Under the pieces are notes generated by a model. It ran no database searches, was not told the origin of the DNA, and worked only from the letters and a program-made list of their open reading frames with translations. The translations under genes and the position numbers were made by a program. From Auanema rhodensis (Eukaryota; Animalia; Nematoda), in contig OZ059894.1 of the NCBI GenBank assembly GCA_964057225.1, positions 124,001 through 188,000 on the forward strand: DNA of 64,000 nt, given 5' to 3'. This document shows, piece by piece, positions 12,330-27,300 of this stretch. Position 1 is the first letter of the stretch. Each line of letters opens with the position of its first letter.

Positions 12330-15300
12330 TGGGGAATCTAATTTTGAAAACCGCATCTCTTTATCTTTCACGTGAAGCGAGTTACATACCAAGTGCACAT
12401 CACGTGTACATTTAATTAGCATAAATTAAAGTTCACGTAAATTTCAAAGTCATGGTTACCATGAAGCAATATCAATAAAAATTTGTTTTTAGACTAATAT
12501 GGACATGGGGAATCTAATTTTGAAAACCGCATCTCTTTATCTTTCACGTGAAGCGAGTTACATACCAAGTGCACATCACGTGTACATTTAATTAGCATAA
12601 ATTAAAGTTCACGTAAAATTCAAAGTCATGGTTACCATGCACCAATATCAATAAAAATTTGTTTTTAGACTAATATGGACATGGGGAATCAAATTTTGAA
12701 AACCGCATCTCTTTATCTTTTACGTGAAGCGAGTTACATACCAAGTGCACATCACGTGTACATTTAATTAGCATAAATTAAAGTTCACGTAAATTTCAAA
12801 GTCATGGTTACCATGCACCAATATCAATAAAAATTTGTTTTTAGACTAATATGGACATGGGGAATCTAATTTTGAAAACCGCATCTCTTTATCTTTCACG
12901 TGAAGCGAGTTACATACCAAGTGCACATCACGTGTACATTTAATTAGCATAAACTAAAGTTCACGTAAATTTCAAAGTCATGGTTACCATGAACCAATAT
13001 CAATAAAAATTTGTTTTTAGACTAATATGGACATGGGGAATCTAATTTTGAAAACCGCATCTCTTTATCTTTCACGTGAAGCGAGTTACATACCAAGTGC
13101 ACATCACGTGTACATTTAATTAGCATAAATTAAAGTTCACGTAAATTTCAAAGTCATGGTTACCATGAAGCAATATCAATAAAAATTTGTTTTTAGACTA
13201 ATATGGACATGGGGAATCTAATTTTGAAAACCGCATCTCTTTATCTTTCACGTGAAGCGAGTTACATACCAAGTGCACATCACGTGTACATTTAATTAGC
13301 ATAAATTAAAGTTCACGTAAAATTCAAAGTCATGGTTACCATGCACCAATATCAATAAAAATTTGTTTTTAGACTAATATGGACATGGGGAATCAAATTT
13401 TGAAAACCGCATCTCTTTATCTTTTACGTGAAGCGAGTTACATACCAAGTGCACATCACGTGTACATTTAATTAGCATAAATTAAAGTTCACGTAAATTT
13501 CAAAGTCATGGTTACCATGCACCAATATCAATAAAAATTTGTTTTTAGACTAATATGGACATGGGGAATCTAATTTTGAAAACCGCATCTCTTTATCTTT
13601 TACGTGAAGCGAGTTACATACCAAGTGCACATCACGTGTACATTTAATTAGCATAAATTAAAGTTCACGTAAAATTCAAAGTCATGGTTACCATGCACCA
13701 ATATCAATAAAAATTTGTTTTTAGACTAATATGGACATGGGGAATCTAATTTTGAAAACCGCATCTCTTTATCTTTTACGTGAAGCGAGTTACATACCAA
13801 GTGCACATCACGTGTACATTTAATTAGCATAAATTAAAGTTCACGTAAATTTCAAAGTCATGGTTACCATGAACCAATATCAATAAAAATTTGTTTTTAG
13901 ACTAATATGCACATGGGGAATCTGATTTTGAAAACCGCATCTCTTTATCTTTCACGTGAAGCGAGTTACATACCAAGTGCACATCACGTGTACATTTAAT
14001 TAGCATAAATTAAAGTTCACGTAAAATTCAAAGTCATGGTTACCATGCACCAATATCAATAAAAATTTGTTTTTAGACTAATATGGACATGGGGAATCTA
14101 ATTTTGAAAACCGCATCTCTTTATCTTTTACATGAAGCGAGTTACATACCAAGTGCACATCACGTGTACATTTAATTAGCATAAATTAAAGTTCACGTAA
14201 ATTTCAAAGTCATGGTTACCATGAACCAATATCAATAAAAATTTGTTTTTAGACTAATATGGACATGGGGAATCTAATTTTGAAAACCGCATCTCTTTAT
14301 CTTTTACGTGAAGCGAGTTACATACCAAGTGCACATCACGTGTACATTTAATTAGCATAAATTAAAGTTCACGTAAAATTCAAAGTCATGGTTACCATGC
14401 ACCAATATCAATAAAAATTTGTTTTTAGACTAATATGGACATGGGGAATCTAATTTTGAAAACCGCATCTCTTTATCTTTTACGTGAAGCGAGTTACATA
14501 CCAAGTGCACATCACGTGTACATTTAATTAGCATAAATTAAAGTTCACGTAAATTTCAAAGTCATGGTTACCATGAACCAATATCAATAAAAATTTGTTT
14601 TTAGACTAATATGGACATGGGGAATCTGATTTTGAAAACCGCATCTCTTTATCTTTTACGTGAAGCGAGTTACATACCAAGTGCACATCACGTGTACATT
14701 TAATTAGCATAAATTAAAGTTCACGTAAAATTCAAAGTCATGGTTACCATGCACCAATATGAATAAAAATTTGTTTTTAGACTAATATGGACATGGGGAA
14801 TCTAATTTTGAAAACCGCATCTCTTTATCTTCTACGTGAAGCGAGTTACATACCAAGTGCACATCACGTGTACATTTAATTAGCATAAATTAAAGTTCAC
14901 GTAAATTTCAAAGTCATGGTTACCATGAACCAATATCAATAAAAATTTGTTTTTAGACTAATATGGACATGGGGAATCTGATTTTGAAAACCGCATCTCT
15001 TTATCTTTCACGTGAAGCGAGTTACATACCAAGTGCACATCACGTGTACATTTAATTAGCATAAATTAAAGTTCACGTAAAATTCAAAGTCATGGTTACC
15101 ATGCACCAATATCAATAAAAATTTGTTTTTAGACTAATATGGACATGGGGAATCTAATTTTGAAAACCGCATCTCTTTATCTTTTACGTGAAGCGAGTTA
15201 CATACCAAGTGCACATCACGTGTACATTTAATTAGCATAAATTAAAGTTCACGTAAATTTCAAAGTCATGGTTACCATGAACCAATATCAATAAAAATTT

Positions 15301-18300
15301 GTTTTTAGACTAATATGGACATGGGGAATCTAATTTTGAAAACCGCATCTCTTTATCTTTTACGTGAAGCGAGTTACATACCAAGTGCACATCACGTGTA
15401 CATTTAATTAGCATAAATTAAAGTTCACGTAAATTTCAAAGTCATGGTTACCATGAACCAATATCAATAAAAATTTGTTTTTAGACTAATATGGACATGG
15501 GGAATCTGATTTTGAAAACCGCATCTCTTTATCTTTCACGTGAAGCGAGTTAAATACCAAGTGCACATCACGTGTACATTTAATTAGCATAAATTAAAGT
15601 TCACGTAAATTTCAAAGTCATGGTTACCATGAACCAATATCAATAAAAATTTGTTTTTAGACTAATATGGACATGGGGAATCTAATTTTGAAAACCGCAT
15701 CTCTTTATCTTTTACGTGAAGCGAGTTACATACCAAGTGCACATCACGTGTACATTTAATTAGCATAAATTAAAGTTCACGTAAATTTCAAAGTCATGGT
15801 TACCATGAACCAATATCAATAAAAATTTGTTTTTAGACTAATATGGACATGGGGAATCTAATTTTGAAAACCGCATCTCTTTATCTTTTACGTGAAGCGA
15901 GTTACATACCAAGTGCACATCACGTGTACATTTAATTAGCATAAATTAAAGTTCACGTAAAATTCAAAGTCATGGTTACCATGCACCAATATCAATAAAA
16001 ATTTGTTCTTAGACTAATATGGACATGGGAAATCTAATTTTGAAAACCGCATCTCTTTATCTTTTACGTGAAGCGAGTTACATACCAAGTGCACATCACG
16101 TGTACATTTAATTAGCATAAATTAAAGTTCACGTAAAATTCAAAGTCATGGTTACCATGCACCAATATCAATAAAAATTTGTTTTTAGACTAATATGGAC
16201 ATGGGGAATCTAATTTTGAAAACCGCATCTCTTTATCTTTTACGTGAAGCGAGTTACATACCAAGTGCACATCACGTGTACATTTAATTAGCATAAATTA
16301 AAGTTCACGTAAATTTCAAAGTCATGGTTACCATGAACCAATATCAATAAAAATTTGTTTTTAGACTAATATGGACATATGGAATCTGATTTTGAAAACC
16401 GCATCTCTTTATCTTTCACGTGAAGCGAGTTACATACCAAGTGCACATCACGTGTACATTTAATTAGCATAAATTAAAGTTCACGTAAAATTCAAAGTCA
16501 TGGTTACCATGCACCAATATCAATAAAAATTTGTTTTTAGACTAATATGGACATGGGGAATCTAATTTTGAAAACCGCATCTCTTTATCTTTTACGTGAA
16601 GCGAGTTACATACCAAGTGCACATCACGTGTACATTTAATTAGCATAAATTAAAGTTCACGTAAATTTCAAAGTCATGGTTACCATGAACCAATATCAAT
16701 AAAAATTTGTTTTTAGACTAATATGGACATGGGGAATCTAATTTTGAAAACCGCATCTCTTTATCTTTCACGTGAAGCAAGTTACATACCAAGTGCACAT
16801 CACGTGTACATTTAATTAGCATAAATTAAAGTTCACGTAAATTTCAAAGTCATAGTTACCATGCACCAATATCAATAAAAATTTGTTTTTAGACTAATAT
16901 GGACATGGGGAATCTAATTTTGAAAACCGCATCTCTTTATCTTTCACGTGAAGCGAGTTACATACCAAGTGCACATCACGTGTACATTTAATTAGCATAA
17001 ATTAAAGTTCACGTAAATTTCAAAGTCATGGTTACCATGCACCAATATCAATAAAAATTTGTTTTTAGACTAATATGGACATGGGGAATCTAATTTTGAA
17101 AACCGCATCTCTTTATCTTTCACGTGAAGCGAGTTACATACCAAGCGCACATCACGTGTACATTTAATTAGCATAAATTAAAGTTCACGTAAAATTCAAA
17201 GTCATGGTTACCATGAACCAATATCAATAAAAATTTGTTTTTAGACTAATATGGACATGGGGAATCTAATTTTGAAAACCGCATCTCTTTATCTTTTACG
17301 TGAAGCGAGTTACATACCAAGTGCACATCACGTGTACATTTAATTAGCATAAATTAAAGTTCACGTAAATTTCAAAGTCATGGTTACCATGCACCAATAT
17401 CAATAAAAATTTGTTTTTAGACTAATATGGACATGGGAAATCTAATTTTGAAAACCGCATCTCTTTATCTTTTACGTGAAGCGAGTTACATACCAAGTGC
17501 ACATCACGTGTACATTTAATTAGCATAAATTAAAGTTCACGTAAAATTCAAAGTCATGGTTACCATGCACCAATATCAATAAAAATTTGTTTTTAGACTA
17601 ATATGGACATGGGAAATCTAATTTTGAAAACCGCATCTCTTTATCTTTCACGTGAAGCGAGTTACATACCAAGTGCACATCACGTGTACATTTAATTAGC
17701 ATAAATTAAAGTTCACGTAAATTTCAAAGTCATGGTTACCATGAACCAATATCAATAAAAATTTGTTTTTAGACTAATATGGACATGGGGAATCTGATTT
17801 TGAAAACCGCATCTCTTTATCTTTTACGTGAAGCGAGTTACATACCAAGTGCACATCACGTGTACATTTAATTAGCATAAATTAAAGTGCACGTAAATTT
17901 CAAAGTCATGGTTACCATGAACCAATATCAATAAAAATTTGTTTTTAGACTAATATGGACATGGGGAATCTAATTTTGAAAACCGCATCTCTTTATCTTT
18001 CACGTGAAGCGAGTTACATACCAAGTGCACATCACGTGTACATTTAATTAGCATAAATTAAAGTTCACGTAAATTTCAAAGTCATGGTTACCATGCACCA
18101 ATATCAATAAAAATTTGTTTTTAGACTAATATGGACATGGGGAATCTAATTTTGAAAACCGCATCTCTTTATCTTTCACGTGAAGCGAGTTACATACCAA
18201 GTGCACATCACGTGTACATTTAATTAGCATAAATTAAAGTTCACGTAAATTTCAAAGTCATGGTTACCATGCAATAATATCAATAAAAATTTGTTTTTAG

Positions 18301-21300
18301 ACTAATATGGACATGGGGAATCTAATTTTGAAAACCGCATCTCTTCATCTTTCACGTGAAGCGAGTTACATACCAAGTGCACATCACGTGTACATTTAAT
18401 TAGCATAAATTAAAGTTCACGTAAATTTCAAAGTCATGGTTACCATGCACCAATACCAATAAAAATTTGTTTTTAGACTAATATGGACATGGGGAATCTA
18501 ATTTTGAAAACCGCATCTCTTTATCTTTCACGTGAAGCGAGTTACATACCAAGTGCACATCACGTGTACATTTAATTAGCATAAATTAAAGTTCACGTAA
18601 ATTTCAAAGTCATGGTTACCAAGAACCAATATCAATAAAAATTTGTTTTTAGACTAATATGGACATGGGGAATCTAATTTTGAAAACCGCATCTCTTTAT
18701 CTTTCACGTGAAGCAAGTTACATACCAAGTGCACATCACGTGTACATTTAATTAGCATAAATTAAAGTTCACGTAAATTTCAAAGTCATAGTTACCATGC
18801 ACCAATATCAATAAAAATTTGTTTTTAGACTAATATGGACATGGGGAATCTAATTTTGAAAACCGCATCTCTTTATCTTTCACGTGAAGCGAGTTACATA
18901 CCAAGTGCACATCACGTGTACATTTAATTAGCATAAATTAAAGTTCACGTAAATTTCAAAGTCATGGTTACCATGCACCAATATCAATAAAAATTTGTTT
19001 TTAGCTTAATATGGACATGGGGAATCTAATTTTGAAAACCGCATCTCTTTATCTTTCACGTGAAGCGAGTTACATACCAAGTGCACATCACGTGTACATT
19101 TAATTAGCATAAATTAAAGTTCACGTAAATTTCAAAGTCATGGTTACCATGCACCAATATCAATAAAAATTTGTTTTTAGACTAATATGGACATGGGGAA
19201 TCTAATTTTGAAAACCGCATCTCTTTATCTTTCACGTGAAGCGAGTTACATACCAAGTGCACATCACGTGTACATTTAATTAGCATAAGTTAAAGTTCAC
19301 GTAAATTTCAAAGTCATGGTTACCATGAACCAATATCAATAAAAATTTGTTTTTAGACTAATATGGACATGGGGAATCTAATTTTGAAAACCGCATCTCT
19401 TTATCTTTCACGTGAAGCAAGTTACATACCAAGTGCACATCACGTGTACATTTAATTAGCATAAATTAAAGTTCACGTAAATTTCAAAGTCATAGTTACC
19501 ATGCACCAATATCAATAAAAATTTGTTTTTAGACTAATATGGACATGGGGAATCTAATTTTGAAAACCGCATCTCTTTATCTTTCACGTGAAGCGAGTTA
19601 CATACCAAGTGCACATCACGTGTACATTTAATTAGCATAAATTAAAGTTCACGTAAATTTCAAAGTCATGGTTACCATGCACCAATATCAATAAAAATTT
19701 GTTTTTAGCTTAATATGGACATGGGGAATCTAATTTTGAAAACCGCATCTCTTTCTCTTTCACGTGAAGCGAGTTACATACCAAGTGCACATCACGTGTA
19801 CATTTAATTAGCATAAATTAAAGTTCACGTAAATTTCAAAGTCATGGTTACCATGCACCAATATCAATAAAAATTTGTTTTTAGACTAATATGGACATGG
19901 GGAATCTAATTTTGAAAACCGCATCTCTTTATCTTTCACGTGAAGCGAGTTACATACCAAGTGCACATCACGTGTACATTTAATTAGCATAAATTAAAGT
20001 TCACGTAAATTTCAAAGTCATGGTTACCATGAACCAATATCAATAAAAATTTGTTTTTAGACTAATATGGACATGGGGAATCTAATTTTGTAAACCGCAT
20101 CTCTTTATCTTTCACATGAAGCGAGTTACATACCAAGTGCACATCACGTGTACATTTAATTAGCATAAATTAAAGTTCACGTAAATTTCAAAGTCATGGT
20201 TACCATGCACCAATATCAATAAAAATTTGTTTTTAGCTTAATATGGACATGGGGAATCTAATTTTGAAAACCGCATCTCTTTATCTTTCACGTGAAGCGA
20301 GTTACATACCAAGTGCACATCACGTGTACATTTAATTAGCATAAATTAAAGTTCACGTAAATTTCAAAGTCATGGTTACCATGAACCAATATCAATAAAA
20401 ATTTGTTTTTAGACTAATATGGACAAGGGGAATCTAATTTTGAAAACCGCATCTCTTTATCTTTCACGTGAAGCGAGTTACATACCAAGTGCACATCACG
20501 TGTACATTTAATTAGCATAAATTAAAGTTCACGTAAATTTCAAAGTCATGGTTACCATGCACCAATATCAATAAAAATTTGTTTTTAGACTAATATGGAC
20601 ATGGGGAATCTAATTTTGAAAACCGCATCTCTTTATCTTTCACGTGAAGCGAGTTACATACCAAGTGCACATCACGTGTACATTTAATTAGCATAAATTA
20701 AAGTTCACGTAAATTTCAAAGTCATGGTTACCATGCACCAATATCAATAAAAATTTGTTTTTAGCTTAATATGGACATGGGGAATCTAATTTTGAAAACC
20801 GCATCTCTTTCTCTTTCACGTGAAGCGAGTTACATACCAAGTGCACATCACGTGTACATTTAATTAGCATAAATTAAAGTTCACGTAAATTTCAAAGTCA
20901 TGGTTACCACGCACCAATATCAATAAAAATTTGTTTTTAGACTAATATGGACATGGGGAATCTAATTTTGAAAACCGCATCTCTTTATCTTTCACGTGAA
21001 GCGAGTTACATACCAAGTGCACATCACGTGTACATTTAATTAGCATAAATTAAAGTTCACGTAAATTTCAAAGTCATGGTTACCATGAACCAATATCAAT
21101 AAAAATTTGTTTTTAGACTAATATGGACAAGGGGAATCTAATTTTGAAAACCGCATCTCTTTATCTTTCACGTGAAGCGAGTTACATACCAAGTGCACAT
21201 CACGTGTACATTTAATTAGCATAAATTAAAGTTCACGTAAATTTCAAAGTCATGGTTACCATGCACCAATATCAATAAAAATTTGTTTTTAGACTAATAT

Positions 21301-24300
21301 GGACATGGGGAATCTAATTTTGAAAACCGCATCTCTTTATCTTTCACGTGAAGCGAGTTACATACCAAGTGCACATCACGTGTACATTTAATTAGCATAA
21401 ATTAAAGTTCACGTAAATTTCAAAGTCATGGTTACCATGAACCAATATCAATAAAAATTTGTTTTTAGACTAATATGGACATGGGGAATCTAATTTTGAA
21501 AACCGCATCTCTTCATCTTTCACGTGAAGCGAGTTACATACCAAGTGCACATCACGTGTACATTTAATTAGCATAAATTAAAGTTCACGTAAATTTCAAA
21601 GTCATAGTTACCATGCACCAATATCAATAAAAATTTGTTTTTAGACTAATATGGACATGGGGAATCTAATTTTGAAAACCTCATCTCTTAATCTTTCACG
21701 TGAAGCGAGTTACATACCAAGTGCACATCACGTGTACATTTAATTAGCATAAATTAAAGTTCACGTAAATTTCAAAGTCATAGTTACCATGCACCAATAT
21801 CAATAAAAATTTGTTTTTAGACTAATATGGACATGGGGAATCTAATTTTGAAAACCGCATCTCTTTATCTTTCACGTGAAGCGAGTTACATACCAAGTGC
21901 ACATCACGTGTACATTTAATTAGCATAAATTAAAGTTCACGTAAATTTCAAAGTCATGGTTACCATGCACCAATATCAATAAAAATTTGTTTTTAGCTTA
22001 ATATGGACATGGGGAATCTAATTTTGAAAACCGCATCTCTTTATCTTTCACGTGAAGCGAGTTACATACCAAGTGCACATCACGTGTACATTTAATTAGC
22101 ATAAATTAAAGTTCACGTAAATTTCAAAGTCATGGTTACCATGCACCAATATCAATAAAAATTTGTTTTTAGACTAATATGGACATGGGGAATCTAATTT
22201 TGAAAACCGCATCTCTTTATCTTTCACGTGAAGCGAGTTACATACCAAGTGCACATCACGTGTACATTTAATTAGCATAAATTAAAGTTCACGTAAATTT
22301 CAAAGTCATGGTTACCATGCACCAATATCAATAAAAATTTGTTTTTAGCTTAATATGGACATGGGGAATCTAATTTTGAAAACCGCATCTCTTTATCTTT
22401 CACGTGAAGCGAGTTACATACCAAGTGCACATCACGTGTACATTTAATTAGCATAAATTAAAGTTCACGTAAATTTCAAAGTCATGGTTACCATGAACCA
22501 ATATCAATAAAAATTTGTTTTTAGACTAATATGGACATGGGGAATCTAATTTTGAAAACCGCATCTCTTTATCTTTCACGTGAAGCGAGTTACATACCAA
22601 GTGCACAACACGTGTACATTTAATTAGCATAAATTAAAGTTCACGTAAATTTCAAAGTCATGGTTACCATGCACCAATATCAATAAAAATTTGTTTTTAG
22701 ACTAATATGGACATGGGGAATCTAATTTTGAAAACCGCATCTCTTTATCTTTCACGTGAAGCGAGTTACATACCAAGTGCACATCACGTGTACATTTAAT
22801 TAGCATAAATTAAAGTTCACGTAAATTTCAAAGTCATGGTTACCATGCACCAATATCAATAAAAATTTGTTTTTAGACTAATATGGACATGGGGAATCTA
22901 ATTTTGAAAACCGCATCTCTTCATCTTTCACGTGAAGCGAGTTACATACCAAGTGCACATCACGTGTACATTTAATTAGCATAAATTAAAGTTCACGTAA
23001 ATTTCAAAGTCATGGTTACCATGCACCAATATCAATAAAAATTTGTTTTTAGCTTAATATGGACATGGGGAATCTAATTTTGAAAACCGCATCTCTTTAT
23101 CTTTCACGTGAAGCGAGTTACATACCAAGTGCACATCACGTGTACATTTAATTAGCATAAATTAAAGTTCACGTAAATTTCAAAGTCATGGTTACCATGC
23201 ACCAATATCAATAAAAATTTGTTTTTAGACTAATATGGACATGGGGAATCTAATTTTGAAAACCGCATCTCTTTATCTTTCACGTGAAGCGAGTTACATA
23301 CCAAGTGCACATCACGTGTACATTTAATTAGCATAAATTAAAGTTCACGTAAATTTCAAAGTCATGGTTACCATGCACCAATATCAATAAAAATTTGTTT
23401 TTAGCTTAATATGGACATGGGGAATCTAATTTTGAAAACCGCATCTCTTTATCTTTCACGTGAAGCGAGTTACATACCAAGTGCACATCACGTGTACATT
23501 TAATTAGCATAAATTAAAGTTCACGTAAATTTCAAAGTCATGGTTACCATGAACCAATATCAATAAAAATTTGTTTTTAGACTAATATGGACATGGGGAA
23601 TCTAATTTTGAAAACCGCATCTCTTTATCTTTCACGTGAAGCGAGTTACATACCAAGTGCACAACACGTGTACATTTAATTAGCATAAATTAAAGTTCAC
23701 GTAAATTTCAAAGTCATGGTTACCATGCACCAATATCAATAAAAATTTGTTTTTAGACTAATATGGACATGGGGAATCTAATTTTGAAAACCGCATCTCT
23801 TTATCTTTCACGTGAAGCGAGTTACATACCAAGTGCACATCACGTGTACATTTAATTAGCATAAATTAAAGTTCACGTAAATTTCAAAGTCATGGTTACC
23901 ATGCACCAATATCAATAAAAATTTGTTTTTAGACTAATATGGACATGAGGAATCTAATTTTGAAAACCGCATCTCTTTATCTTTCACGTGAAGCGAGTTA
24001 CATACCAAGTGCACAACACGTGTACATTTAATTAGCATAAATTAAAGTTCACGTAAATTTCAAAGTCATGGTTACCATGCACCAATATCAATAAAAATTT
24101 GTTTTTAGACTAATATGGACATGGGGAATCTAATTTTGAAAACCGCATCTCTTTATCTTTCACGTGAAGCGAGTTACATACCAAGTGCACATCACGTGTA
24201 CATTTAATTAGCATAAATTAAAGTTCACGTAAATTTCAAAGTCATGGTTACCATGAACCAATATCAATAAAAATTTGTTTTTAGACTAATATGGACATGG

Positions 24301-27300
24301 GGAATCTAATTTTGAAAACCGCATCTCTTCATCTTTCACGTGAAGCGAGTTACATACCAAGTGCACATCACGTGTACATTTAATTAGCATAAATTAAAGT
24401 TCACGTAAATTTCAAAGTCATAGTTACCATGCACCAATATCAATAAAAATTTGTTTTTAGACTAATATGGACATGGGGAATCTAATTTTGAAAACCTCAT
24501 CTCTTAATCTTTCACGTGAAGCGAGTTACATACCAAGTGCACATCACGTGTACATTTAATTAGCATAAATTAAAGTTCACGTAAATTTCAAAGTCATAGT
24601 TACCATGCACCAATATCAATAAAAATTTGTTTTTAGACTAATATGGACATGGGGAATCTAATTTTGAAAACCGCATCTCTTTATCTTTCACGTGAAGCGA
24701 GTTACATACCAAGTGCACATCACGTGTACATTTAATTAGCATAAATTAAAGTTCACGTAAATTTCAAAGTCATGGTTACCATGCACCAATATCAATAAAA
24801 ATTTGTTTTTAGCTTAATATGGACATGGGGAATCTAATTTTGAAAACCGCATCTCTTTATCTTTCACGTGAAGCGAGTTACATACCAAGTGCACATCACG
24901 TGTACATTTAATTAGCATAAATTAAAGTTCACGTAAATTTCAAAGTCATGGTTACCATGCACCAATATCAATAAAAATTTGTTTTTAGACTAATATGGAC
25001 ATGGGGAATCTAATTTTGAAAACCGCATCTCTTTATCTTTCACGTGAAGCGAGTTACATACCAAGTGCACATCACGTGTACATTTAATTAGCATAAATTA
25101 AAGTTCACGTAAATTTCAAAGTCATGGTTACCATGCACCAATATCAATAAAAATTTGTTTTTAGCTTAATATGGACATGGGGAATCTAATTTTGAAAACC
25201 GCATCTCTTTATCTTTCACGTGAAGCGAGTTACATACCAAGTGCACATCACGTGTACATTTAATTAGCATAAATTAAAGTTCACGTAAATTTCAAAGTCA
25301 TGGTTACCATGAACCAATATCAATAAAAATTTGTTTTTAGACTAATATGGACATGGGGAATCTAATTTTGAAAACCGCATCTCTTTATCTTTCACGTGAA
25401 GCGAGTTACATACCAAGTGCACAACACGTGTACATTTAATTAGCATAAATTAAAGTTCACGTAAATTTCAAAGTCATGGTTACCATGCACCAATATCAAT
25501 AAAAATTTGTTTTTAGACTAATATGGACATGGGGAATCTAATTTTGAAAACCGCATCTCTTTATCTTTCACGTGAAGCGAGTTACATACCAAGTGCACAT
25601 CACGTGTACATTTAATTAGCATAAATTAAAGTTCACGTAAATTTCAAAGTCATGGTTACCATGAACCAATATCAATAAAAATTTGTTTTTAGACTAATAT
25701 GGACATGGGGAATCTAATTTTGAAAACCGCATCTCTTCATCTTTCACGTGAAGCGAGTTACATACCAAGTGCACATCACGTGTACATTTAATTAGCATAA
25801 ATTAAAGTTCACGTAAATTTCAAAGTCATAGTTACCATGCACCAATATCAATAAAAATTTGTTTTTAGACTAATATGGACATGGGGAATCTAATTTTGAA
25901 AACCTCATCTCTTAATCTTTCACGTGAAGCGAGTTACATACCAAGTGCACATCACGTGTACATTTAATTAGCATAAATTAAAGTTCACGTAAATTTCAAA
26001 GTCATAGTTACCATGCACCAATATCAATAAAAATTTGTTTTTAGACTAATATGGACATGGGGAATCTAATTTTGAAAACCGCATCTCTTTATCTTTCACG
26101 TGAAGCGAGTTACATACCAAGTGCACATCACGTGTACATTTAATTAGCATAAATTAAAGTTCACGTAAATTTCAAAGTCATGGTTACCATGCACCAATAT
26201 CAATAAAAATTTGTTTTTAGCTTAATATGGACATGGGGAATCTAATTTTGAAAACCGCATCTCTTTATCTTTCACGTGAAGCGAGTTACATACCAAGTGC
26301 ACATCACGTGTACATTTAATTAGCATAAATTAAAGTTCACGTAAATTTCAAAGTCATGGTTACCATGCACCAATATCAATAAAAATTTGTTTTTAGACTA
26401 ATATGGACATGGGGAATCTAATTTTGAAAACCGCATCTCTTTATCTTTCACGTGAAGCGAGTTACATACCAAGTGCACATCACGTGTACATTTAATTAGC
26501 ATAAATTAAAGTTCACGTAAATTTCAAAGTCATGGTTACCATGCACCAATATCAATAAAAATTTGTTTTTAGCTTAATATGGACATGGGGAATCTAATTT
26601 TGAAAACCGCATCTCTTTATCTTTCACGTGAAGCGAGTTACATACCAAGTGCACATCACGTGTACATTTAATTAGCATAAATTAAAGTTCACGTAAATTT
26701 CAAAGTCATGGTTACCATGAACCAATATCAATAAAAATTTGTTTTTAGACTAATATGGACATGGGGAATCTAATTTTGAAAACCGCATCTCTTTATCTTT
26801 CACGTGAAGCGAGTTACATACCAAGTGCACAACACGTGTACATTTAATTAGCATAAATTAAAGTTCACGTAAATTTCAAAGTCATGGTTACCATGCACCA
26901 ATATCAATAAAAATTTGTTTTTAGACTAATATGGACATGGGGAATCTAATTTTGAAAACCGCATCTCTTTATCTTTCACGTGAAGCGAGTTACATACCAA
27001 GTGCACATCACGTGTACATTTAATTAGCATAAATTAAAGTTCACGTAAATTTCAAAGTCATGGTTACCATGCACCAATATCAATAAAAATTTGTTTTTAG
27101 ACTAATATGGACATGGGGAATCTAATTTTGAAAACCGCATCTCTTCATCTTTCACGTGAAGCGAGTTACATACCAAGTGCACATCACGTGTACATTTAAT
27201 TAGCATAAATTAAAGTTCACGTAAATTTCAAAGTCATGGTTACCATGCACCAATATCAATAAAAATTTGTTTTTAGCTTAATATGGACATGGGGAATCTA